Positions 9,592 through 17,478 of a DNA stretch of 61,427 nt are shown one piece after another (the stretch's first letter is position 1; every line of letters begins with the position of its first letter). Under the pieces are notes generated by a model that worked only from the letters and a program-made list of their open reading frames with translations, was not told the DNA's origin and searched no databases. This DNA comes from Bacteroidales bacterium (GTDB lineage: Bacteria; Bacteroidota; Bacteroidia; Bacteroidales; VadinHA17). The stretch spans positions 1 to 61,427 of the forward strand of contig WOYX01000005.1 of assembly GCA_011620595.1 (NCBI GenBank), in the 5' to 3' direction. A program made the position numbers and the translations under genes.

Positions 9592-9841
9592 ATGAAAAAA
9601 AAAGATCATTTTAACGGCTATAGGCAGTATTTTTGCTATATTTTCAATACTCAGCTTTAATCTGCCTATGAAAATCACAGGTGATATTACGGTCAAAAAC
9701 ATTAGAGTAATGGCTCAGGCAAAAGCGAGTGAGCTTTGCCCGAATGGATGCCTGCTTGATGGTGACGGTTGCATTTTCTATGGGTGGCATCCATACTATA
9801 AGGAATATAACTGGAATGATCAGACGAAATTGACACTTTAG
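9592..9841 (+). pseudogene. Frameshifted Cys-rich peptide precursor 3
   Basis: An A9 run follows the ATG; removing one A gives 82 aa MKKKIILTAIGSIFAIFSILSFNLPMKITGDITVKNIRVMAQAKASELCPNGCLLDGDGCIFYGWHPYYKEYNWNDQTKLTL. Confidence 0.85.
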
Positions 9842-9871
9842 ATCTTGCAACTGACCCTTAATTAGAACCAG

Positions 9872-9895
9872 GGGCGGTCACTCATTTGACCGCCC
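9872..9895 (+). terminator. Hairpin after peptide gene 3
   Basis: GGGCGGTCA-CTCATT-TGACCGCCC. Confidence 0.55.
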
Positions 9896-9922
9896 TAAAG
9901 ATTAAGAAAGCATTTGTGTGTT

Positions 9923-10957
9923 ATGAAAAATTTAAGTCTTATTGGTTTCCTCTTGCTGTTTTTAACCACAGGATGCAACAGCAAAATTGATAACAGGATC
10001 GAAATAACACAAAAACACCGCGAGAATATCGTTGATGTTTCTGGTAAGATAATCGATATCAAGCCGGATATTCTGATTGGCAAGTCATCGTTCTATATAA
10101 TTGACAGCATTTTAATCGTCGCTGAGTGGGAGCCGAAAGGAGAAATGGGTATCCATCTATTCAACAAGAATACATTTGAGTATATACGGAGTACGGGATA
10201 CATTGGCAGAGGACCCGGAGAGATTGGTGTCATGGGGCGGCTTGGAATCGACAGCAAAAACAGAATTATTTGGGCCCCTGATCATGGGAAACGTATAATG
10301 TACAAATTTCCCTTAGATAGTGTTTTGAATAATGAACAATTTAAACCTTCGATCAGGAAAGAGCTAAATACTGAATTATTCATTGAAAGGTTTGGATTCC
10401 TGAATGACAGCATTGTCCTTGGAAAAGCAGTTCATGCAATCTCTGCTTCTTCCTTTGATATGGCTATGGCCAAACTGAATATCAATACAAATGAGATTGA
10501 AAAGTTTGGCTATGAACACCCTCAGGCTATTGGGAAGAAATCAAATTCACTTTTTGCTCTTTCAGTTGATAATAACTTCTATGTAAACTGTTACTCTTAT
10601 CTTGATCTAATGACAATATGCGATCTTGAGGGAAACCTAAAGCATAACGTTTATGGCCCCGGGTGGTTCGAAAATGATCAGGATAAAAATGCTTATTTTT
10701 CTGATGTTGGAATAATCGGGGGTAAAATAATTGCATCATATATAGGAGGCAGGGGCATAATTGTCAAAGATGGCATAACAAAGGGTGCGACTCCTTCAAA
10801 GCTGATAGTTTTTAACAAGGAAGGTACCTATCTAAGAACTGTTGAAACCGGTAATGTTTTTACAAGTTTTTGTATTGATGAGAAGAATAGAAGGATTATA
10901 GCTTTTTTCTCTGACAGAGAAGAGCCGCTGGGTTATTTCAATATTCCGGTTGAATAG
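9923..10957 (+). CDS. BF3164-like beta-propeller lipoprotein (paralog D)
   Basis: ATG 9923 MKNLSL; lipobox TTGC; GRGPGEI; REEPLGYFNIPVE. Confidence 0.85.
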   Translation: MKNLSLIGFLLLFLTTGCNSKIDNRIEITQKHRENIVDVSGKIIDIKPDILIGKSSFYIIDSILIVAEWEPKGEMGIHLFNKNTFEYIRSTGYIGRGPGEIGVMGRLGIDSKNRIIWAPDHGKRIMYKFPLDSVLNNEQFKPSIRKELNTELFIERFGFLNDSIVLGKAVHAISASSFDMAMAKLNINTNEIEKFGYEHPQAIGKKSNSLFALSVDNNFYVNCYSYLDLMTICDLEGNLKHNVYGPGWFENDQDKNAYFSDVGIIGGKIIASYIGGRGIIVKDGITKGATPSKLIVFNKEGTYLRTVETGNVFTSFCIDEKNRRIIAFFSDREEPLGYFNIPVE

Positions 10958-10995
10958 TCGGGATTCGGAAGGTGGAATGATAAAATGTCCTACTG

Positions 10996-11055
10996 GAAAT
11001 TCCCGGAAATTCCCGGAAATTCCCGAAAAAAACTTAAACATCTAATATAATTTTA
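10996..11055 (+). promoter_or_regulatory. 3x GAAATTCCCG repeats plus TAATTTTA box
   Basis: Repeats 10996-11025, 22-nt spacer, box 11048-11055. Confidence 0.6.
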
Positions 11056-11109
11056 CATAGGACAAGTTTGCCGTTTTACGAATTTTTTTAAGGTATAAAA
11101 GTATAAATC

Positions 11110-11190
11110 AGAAAGAAAAGGGCAGAAAGCTTTGCCTGTATTGCCAAGTACTTTCTGCCCCGGCCTTTCATAAAAAATGAAAGGAGGTGA
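11110..11190 (-). ncRNA. Putative antisense sRNA, copy 3
   Basis: Same two hairpins and U-tract; minus-strand TTG-N18-TATCTTTG promoter with the box at 11201-11194. Confidence 0.6.
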
Positions 11191-11293
11191 CAACAAAGAT
11201 AGTAAAACAGAAAATTAAACAAGCTGCATCAGCTTGCTCAACGGTTACGGCCATTCTGAATTCGTAAAAATGTTTTGTTAAAAAACTGTCATC

Positions 11294-11539
11294 ATGAAAA
11301 AAAGACTTTTTCTTGCAACCATTGCCAGCATAATTGTAGTGTTTACAATTCTAAGTGCAAATGTTGCTCAGACAAGCTCAGATAATACTGATCAGAAAAA
11401 CATTAAAATAATGTCGCAGGCAAATGCACAAGTAAATCCGAATTGCCCTACGGGTTGCGTTCTACGTAAAGAATTCTGCTACTGCAATGGTATGTCGAGT
11501 CCCGACCGGGCCCCACCTTTAGGCCAAACCTTAGAATAA
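11294..11539 (+). CDS. Secreted Cys-rich peptide precursor 4
   Basis: MSQANA-QVNPNCPTGCVLRKEFCYCNGMSS. Confidence 0.85.
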   Translation: MKKRLFLATIASIIVVFTILSANVAQTSSDNTDQKNIKIMSQANAQVNPNCPTGCVLRKEFCYCNGMSSPDRAPPLGQTLE

Positions 11540-11565
11540 CCAAGCAGGAGATCTTCCAGATGCAA

Positions 11566-11598
11566 AAGGTGTGGCTGTTTTTCATACAGCCACATCTT
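11566..11598 (+). terminator. Hairpin after peptide gene 4
   Basis: AAGGTGTGGCTGT ... ACAGCCACATCTT, 13-bp stem with one G-U pair. Confidence 0.6.
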
Positions 11599-11661
11599 GA
11601 TATAAACATCTGATTCTAAGGGATTAAAACTATAGAAAGAGCAACAAAATATTCTGTATTT

Positions 11662-12693
11662 ATGAGATATTTACAATTAATAGCGGCTTCCCTTATATTG
11701 CTTTCTTCCAGCTGTGGCAATAATAACAAGACCGAAATAATACAAAAGGAAAGAGACCGAAAAGTAGATGTAGCTGACAAGATAGTGAATATTGAATGTG
11801 ATTATGTTTTTGGTAAATCCGATCTACATATCATTGATGATATCCTGATTGCTGAAGAGTCCTATCCAAAAGAAGAAAAAGTAGATCATCTGTTTGATCT
11901 TAATACATTCAGATACATTACAAGTACCGGAGTCCTGGGCAGAGGGCCGGGAGAGATAACTATCCCAAGTGGTATATTGGTTGACAGGGAAAAAAGAGTC
12001 TTCTGGCAGCTTGATGTAGGGAAAAAAGTTCTGCATAAATTTCCTCTGGACAGTGTTCTGTCTGACAAAATGTATATGCCTGATGCTTCGGTAAAGCTGG
12101 TAGATACATTGCTTCTTGTGTATTATAGTTTCTTAAATGACAGCATCGCTCTCGGCAAAGCAATAGAGCCTTTTACCGGTTCACCTTTTGTAACAATGGC
12201 TATGACTAAGTTTAATATTAATTCACAAGAAATCAGAAGATTCGGGTATGAAAATCCAGAAGTAACGGGCAGGTTTACTAACTCATATTTTGCTCTGTCT
12301 GTAGAAGATGGGATCTATGTCAATTGCTATCTGCATAAAGATTTAATGACTATCTGTGACTTAAACGGCAATCTGAAATATAATGTTTACGGACCCGGAT
12401 GGGATGATCCGGAAAAGGATGATAATGCATATTTTGGAGAGGTAATAATATATGACAAAAAGATTTTTTCAGCATATCAAGGCAGCTGTCGTATCATTGT
12501 TGAAGGCAACATGCAAAGAGGTGCATATCCTAAAAGTATAATAGTATTTGGCCTGGATGGCTCATATCAGAAAACCATAGAAACCGGTTCTGAGATTTTC
12601 AGTTTTTGTATTGATGAAAAGAATGACAGGATAATTGTATATTTTAATGACAGGGAAGAACCGCTGGGATATTTCAATATTCCGGTTGAATAG
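11662..12693 (+). CDS. BF3164-like beta-propeller lipoprotein (paralog C2)
   Basis: Lipobox SSSC; blocks identical to C1 and to C3. Confidence 0.85.
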   Translation: MRYLQLIAASLILLSSSCGNNNKTEIIQKERDRKVDVADKIVNIECDYVFGKSDLHIIDDILIAEESYPKEEKVDHLFDLNTFRYITSTGVLGRGPGEITIPSGILVDREKRVFWQLDVGKKVLHKFPLDSVLSDKMYMPDASVKLVDTLLLVYYSFLNDSIALGKAIEPFTGSPFVTMAMTKFNINSQEIRRFGYENPEVTGRFTNSYFALSVEDGIYVNCYLHKDLMTICDLNGNLKYNVYGPGWDDPEKDDNAYFGEVIIYDKKIFSAYQGSCRIIVEGNMQRGAYPKSIIVFGLDGSYQKTIETGSEIFSFCIDEKNDRIIVYFNDREEPLGYFNIPVE

Positions 12694-12731
12694 TCAGGAT
12701 TCTGAAGATGGAATGATAAAATTTCCTACTG

Positions 12732-12781
12732 GAAATTCCCGGAAATTCCCGAAAAAAACTTAAACATCTAATATAATTTTA
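12732..12781 (+). promoter_or_regulatory. 2x GAAATTCCCG repeats plus TAATTTTA box
   Basis: Repeats 12732-12751, 22-nt spacer, box 12774-12781. Confidence 0.6.
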
Positions 12782-12835
12782 CATAGGACAAGTTTGCCGT
12801 TTTACGAATTTTTTTAAGGTATAAAAGTATAAATC

Positions 12836-12916
12836 AGAAAGAAAAGGGCAGAAAGCTTTGCCTGTATTGCCAAGTACTTTCTGCCCCGGCCTTTCATAAA
12901 AAATGAAGGGAGGTGA
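12836..12916 (-). ncRNA. Putative antisense sRNA, copy 4
   Basis: Same architecture; minus-strand TATCTTTG at 12927-12920. Confidence 0.6.
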
Positions 12917-13022
12917 CGCCAAAGATAGTAAAACAGAAAAACAAACAAGCTGTATCAGCTTGCTCAACGGCTACGGCCATTGTGAATCCAGGAACATCTT
13001 TTAGTAATAAAAACTTATCATA

Positions 13023-13268
13023 ATGAAAAAGAAACTTTTTCTTGCAACTATCGCTGGTGTTTTTGTAATGTTTGCAATTCTTAGCGTAAATATTGCTCAA
13101 GTCCGCACAGATGATGCTAATTTGAAGGACATAATAATAATGTCTCAGGCGAATGCACAAGTAAATCCAAATTGCCCAACGGGATGTGTTGAAGGAGGAC
13201 CATGGTGCTACTGCAACGGTATGTCAAGTACTTGCTGGAATCTCCCTAAAGGTTCTACTTTGGATTAA
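13023..13268 (+). CDS. Secreted Cys-rich peptide precursor 5
   Basis: MSQANA-QVNPNCPTGCVEGGPWCYCNGMSSTCW. Confidence 0.85.
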   Translation: MKKKLFLATIAGVFVMFAILSVNIAQVRTDDANLKDIIIMSQANAQVNPNCPTGCVEGGPWCYCNGMSSTCWNLPKGSTLD

Positions 13269-13303
13269 TTGAATCAATATAACCTGAAGATTCCCGTTTA
13301 AAT

Positions 13304-13332
13304 AGTGTGGTTGTGAAAAACAGCCACACTTT
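13304..13332 (+). terminator. Hairpin after peptide gene 5
   Basis: AGTGTGGTTGT-GAAAA-ACAGCCACACT; the G-U pair favours the + strand. Confidence 0.6.
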
Positions 13333-13394
13333 ATAAATACATACGTTGTTTAGTGGGAAATGTAAATGAGAGAAAGTTAAATCACTATTACCAG

Positions 13395-14432
13395 ATGAGA
13401 TATTTACAAATACTGTTCACAATTATGCTTTTTATAATTGCAGGTTGTGGGAAAAGGAATGAGAAAAAAACAGAAATAGCACAAAGCGAAAGAGGTTGTA
13501 TCGTAGACGTATCTGATAAGATAGTGAGTATTGAAACGGATTATGTTATCGGGAAGGTTTTTTTATATATTATTGACGATATCCTGCTTACGGAAGAGTT
13601 CTATCCTAAAGGAGAAAAAGTAGATCATCTGTTTGATCTTAATACATTCAGATACATTACAAGTACCGGAGTCCTGGGCAGAGGGCCGGGAGAGATAACT
13701 ATCCCAAGTGGTATATTGGTTGACAGGGAAAAAAGAGTCTTCTGGCAGCTTGATGTAGGGAAAAAAGTTCTGCATAAGTTTTCTCTGGACAGTGTTCTGT
13801 CCGACGAAATGTATATGCCTGGTGCTTCGGTAAAGCTGGTAGATACATTACTTCTTGTGGGTTATGGTTTCTTAAATGACAGCATCGCTCTTGGCAAAGC
13901 AATAGAGCCTTTTACGGGTTCGCCTTTTGTGACAATGGCAATGACGAAGTTTAATATTAATACCGGTGAAATCACGCGATTCGGATATGAAAATCCTGGC
14001 GTAAAGGGCAGATATACAAATTCATATTTCGACATGTCTGTAAAAGATGGGATATATGTCAATAGTTATCCGTTTAAAGATTTAATGACCATCTGTGATT
14101 TAGACGGTAACTTGAAATGTAATGTTTACGGACCAGGATGGGATGATCCTGAAAAGGATGATAATAGTTATTTTTTTGATGCAGTAATACATAACAATAA
14201 AATCTTTGCTTCCTATCTCGGCAGCAGTCGTATCATTGTTAAAGGCAACATACAAAGAGGTGCATATCCTAAAAGCATAATAGTATTTGGCCTGGATGGC
14301 TCGTATAAGAAAACTATTGATACCGGGTCTGAAATATGCAGCTTTTGTATTGATGAAAAGCATAACAGGATAATCGCCTATTTCAATGACAGGGAAGAAC
14401 CGCTGGGATACTTCGATATCCCTGAATTATGA
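13395..14432 (+). CDS. BF3164-like beta-propeller lipoprotein (paralog C3)
   Basis: ATG 13395 MRYLQ; lipobox IAGC; REEPLGYFDIP. Confidence 0.85.
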   Translation: MRYLQILFTIMLFIIAGCGKRNEKKTEIAQSERGCIVDVSDKIVSIETDYVIGKVFLYIIDDILLTEEFYPKGEKVDHLFDLNTFRYITSTGVLGRGPGEITIPSGILVDREKRVFWQLDVGKKVLHKFSLDSVLSDEMYMPGASVKLVDTLLLVGYGFLNDSIALGKAIEPFTGSPFVTMAMTKFNINTGEITRFGYENPGVKGRYTNSYFDMSVKDGIYVNSYPFKDLMTICDLDGNLKCNVYGPGWDDPEKDDNSYFFDAVIHNNKIFASYLGSSRIIVKGNIQRGAYPKSIIVFGLDGSYKKTIDTGSEICSFCIDEKHNRIIAYFNDREEPLGYFDIPEL

Positions 14433-14537
14433 TTCTTTTAGGCCAATTATGACAGAGGTAGTTAATTCCAATCCCGCTTATACCAAGAAGTGTTGGATTA
14501 CCTGTTTGACAATCGTGAATTAAAGAACATTGTTGAT

Positions 14538-15068
14538 ATGAGACGTTGCCTGAGTTTGTTTCTCTGCCTGATCCCTTTAATCTCTTGTTCTAACCAGTCT
14601 GTTACCAGGGACCTGAAAAGCAATCTTAATAAAACAATCAGACTGGAAATGTTTGATAGCGTAAGATTTGGAGACAAATTACTGTCATATAAAGAGTTCA
14701 GACAGATGTATGACTATATTTCGGTGGTTTACCTTGAGGACGGATGCCAACCGTGTTATCCAAAGTTTATAGAATGGCAGAACATGATGGATAGTCTGAA
14801 TAAACGGAATGACTACACAATTCTTTTCATTATCCAGGGCTTCAGATATCATAATTTTATTAATAGAGTTAATGAAATCTCTGCATTTAACGATCATTAC
14901 TATTCCATCATGGATGACAGCCTTAATTATCTTCTGAATAACAATGACATACCACGATGGATAATTGACGGTTCTGTACTTATCGGTCCTGATAATAAGA
15001 TAAAAATGATTGGAGAACCCTGGGCTACTAATGAAATGACAGAGTTATTCTATAGTATTTGCCAATAA
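14538..15068 (+). CDS. Thioredoxin-like (CxxC) lipoprotein
   Basis: ATG 14538; lipobox LISC; VVYLEDGCQPC; C-terminal LIGPDNKIKMIGEP. Confidence 0.65.
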   Translation: MRRCLSLFLCLIPLISCSNQSVTRDLKSNLNKTIRLEMFDSVRFGDKLLSYKEFRQMYDYISVVYLEDGCQPCYPKFIEWQNMMDSLNKRNDYTILFIIQGFRYHNFINRVNEISAFNDHYYSIMDDSLNYLLNNNDIPRWIIDGSVLIGPDNKIKMIGEPWATNEMTELFYSICQ

Positions 15069-15161
15069 TATCATACCCTGCCATTAATTTACTCTAAAAC
15101 GGTAAATCGGGAAAAACCTTTTGGTTTAATCGACTAAACCTAAAGGCAGAATGTTATAAGA

Positions 15162-15986
15162 ATGATCAAATCAAATGACAAGTCTTTCAGAGGCTGGTGG
15201 TGGATAATTGTCGCAATAGTTCTTCTTGCTGTTGCGCTTAGAATTTTCGTTGTCTCACTTTATCAGGTTTCATCTGTTTCCATGGAGCCGGTTCTGTTGC
15301 CTGGCGATGTAATTATTGTCAGCAAGACAAGCTACGGACCAAGGCTGTTGAAATTAAGTAGTTATCTGAAAAACAAAAATGTTGAGTATTGCAGATTAAA
15401 GGGCCGAAGCCGTATAGAAGAAGGCGATATTGTTGTTTTTAACATGCCATTGCATAATACTTCATCTGAATTCGAAAGTCTCAATACTACTGGTTGTATT
15501 GCAAAACGAATTTTTGGCCTCCCTGGGGATACTGTGTTAATTGAAAATAATAAGGGCAGAAATGATGGGATTACACGTTTCCAGATTGAAAACCAATTAT
15601 TCCCTTATGATTCGTCTTTGCATTGGACACTTGAGAAGTACGGTCCACTTTATGTACCAGCGAAAGGAGATTCTATACATTTAACAGAAAAAAATGCCTG
15701 CTGTTATAAAGAAGTTATGCTCCATGAAAATCCGAAAGGACAAATTAAAGATAATACCCTGGTCTTAAATGGAGAGACTTTGACTGCTTATGTCTTTAAA
15801 AAAAATTACTATTTTGTTCTGGGTGATAATTTCTACAATTCCTTTGATTCAAGATTCTGGGGATTCGTGCCTGAAGATAATATTATCAGGAAAGTGACTA
15901 TGATCCTGTTTTCAATAAATCCTGATAAAGAAGGATTTAAAAAATTTCGGTTCAACCGGTTCCTTAGAACAGTCAATGCCCAATAA
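15162..15986 (+). CDS. Signal peptidase I (S26), locus-associated
   Basis: TM anchor, SVSMEP (catalytic Ser), IAKRIFGLPGD (catalytic Lys), GDNFYNSFDSRFWG. Confidence 0.93.
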   Translation: MIKSNDKSFRGWWWIIVAIVLLAVALRIFVVSLYQVSSVSMEPVLLPGDVIIVSKTSYGPRLLKLSSYLKNKNVEYCRLKGRSRIEEGDIVVFNMPLHNTSSEFESLNTTGCIAKRIFGLPGDTVLIENNKGRNDGITRFQIENQLFPYDSSLHWTLEKYGPLYVPAKGDSIHLTEKNACCYKEVMLHENPKGQIKDNTLVLNGETLTAYVFKKNYYFVLGDNFYNSFDSRFWGFVPEDNIIRKVTMILFSINPDKEGFKKFRFNRFLRTVNAQ

Positions 15987-16138
15987 TGAATACTGTTCAT
16001 TTTCTATGAGACTTAAATTTATCAGGCAGTATTAGCTGAACGCTTTTTTACTAATACTGACAAATCCTTTAAATGTTTTGGCAGATAGCATATTTCTGTT
16101 TACTTTTAAACCTGCTGTTTGATCAATACGAAGTTATT

Positions 16139-16342
16139 ATGGACAAGTATTTCTTTTCCAGACAAGAAATAGCTGCTGAACTGGGCATTGATCCAAAAAC
16201 TCTCAGACAAAAATTAAAAAAAGCAGGTATCATGTTGGAAAGTGGTATGATCCCGGCTGAGAAGGTCAGGGAAATAATGCACCTTCTGCAGGTGAAACAG
16301 GAAAATCACGATGGCACTGAGCAAATTGACCAGCCTGATTGA
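16139..16342 (+). CDS. Small HTH DNA-binding protein
   Basis: SRQEIAAELGIDPKTLRQKLKK HTH pattern; start moved to ATG 16139. Confidence 0.7.
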   Translation: MDKYFFSRQEIAAELGIDPKTLRQKLKKAGIMLESGMIPAEKVREIMHLLQVKQENHDGTEQIDQPD

Positions 16343-16404
16343 AATTTTAATAAATTTGATAGATCATTCCTTGATAGTCAACAGTGTAATAACCCCATTA
16401 CCAG

Positions 16405-17478
16405 ATGCAAAAGAGGGCATTCATTCCACGGCTTTTTGCAATAGCTCTTGGTTGTGCATTAATAATCCCAGGGTCATGCAAATCAAGACAGACAGACAAC
16501 ACGGAGGAACTGGCAAGAAGAACATCGCGGCCCGAGGCCGTGATGGTTAAAACAGTCAGACTCGAACCGTCAACATTCTATCACGAGATCATCAGCAACG
16601 GCAAGGCATTCTCCCTTAGCAAGGCTGTCGTCCCGTTCAAGGTAAACGGCATAATTGAAGAGCTGTATGTGAAAAACGGCCAGAGGGTGAAAGCCGGCCA
16701 GCTGCTGGCCGTCATAGAGGACTTCGAATACAAAACCAGCCTCACCAGCGCAAGACAGGCCCTGACCAAGGCCGACATAAACTTCAGGGATGACCTGCTC
16801 AGTAAGTACATGACGGCAGACACAAACAACCTTGACCCTGCAAAAATAAGAACCTCCAGGATCAGGAGCGGACTGGATGATGCACTTTTAGCCCTTGAAA
16901 AGGCTGAGTATAACTACAACAACACACGGATATACTCCCCGCTCGACGGGGTGATTGCCAACCTCGAGGCCACCCGCCTGAACCCCAGCCAGAACTATAA
17001 GAGCCTCTGCACGGTGATTGCCAACGATGTAATGTATATAGAGTTCCCCGTGATGGAGTCGGAATACGGGTTCATCACCACCGGAATGCCCGTAGGGATA
17101 ATCCCTTTTGTTGATGACAGCCTTCTCATACAGGGGAAGATAGTGGAGATCAATCCGCAGGTTGATGAGGGAGGCATGATACGCGTCAGGGCCGAGTTCA
17201 GGAACAACGGCCGCCTTATTGACGGCATGAATGTCAAGGTCCTTATCAGGAAGCCTGAATATAACAGGCTGGTCATCCCCAAAGAAGCCCTGGTGATCAG
17301 GCAGGGGAAAGATGTGGTCTTCATCAGGCAGGATTCCCTGGCTATATGGAAGTATGTCACCATTGAGTCTGAGAACAGTTCGATGGTCTCCGTGAGCGAG
17401 GGACTCACGCCCGGCGACCTGGTCATTGTAAGAGGCAACACCAACCTCGCACATGAAACAAAGGTGAAAGAGGAATGA
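16405..17478 (+). CDS. RND efflux periplasmic adaptor (MFP) lipoprotein
   Basis: Lipoyl halves VKNGQRVKAGQLL and IYSPLDGVI; LVIPKEAL; GLTPGDLVI. Confidence 0.92.
   Translation: MQKRAFIPRLFAIALGCALIIPGSCKSRQTDNTEELARRTSRPEAVMVKTVRLEPSTFYHEIISNGKAFSLSKAVVPFKVNGIIEELYVKNGQRVKAGQLLAVIEDFEYKTSLTSARQALTKADINFRDDLLSKYMTADTNNLDPAKIRTSRIRSGLDDALLALEKAEYNYNNTRIYSPLDGVIANLEATRLNPSQNYKSLCTVIANDVMYIEFPVMESEYGFITTGMPVGIIPFVDDSLLIQGKIVEINPQVDEGGMIRVRAEFRNNGRLIDGMNVKVLIRKPEYNRLVIPKEALVIRQGKDVVFIRQDSLAIWKYVTIESENSSMVSVSEGLTPGDLVIVRGNTNLAHETKVKEE

Noticed and set aside
3484-13268. Peptides as radical-SAM, lanthipeptide or thiopeptide RiPP precursors
   Set aside because: No rSAM/SPASM, Lan, YcaO or C39 transporter genes in the window; the peptides have Sec-type signals rather than double-glycine leaders. 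Modification by enzymes encoded elsewhere cannot be excluded.
2120-14432. Array as an integron, shufflon or diversity-generating retroelement
   Set aside because: No integrase, invertase or reverse transcriptase in the window; no attC-like or inverted recombination sites recognised; differences between copies are not obviously adenine-specific.
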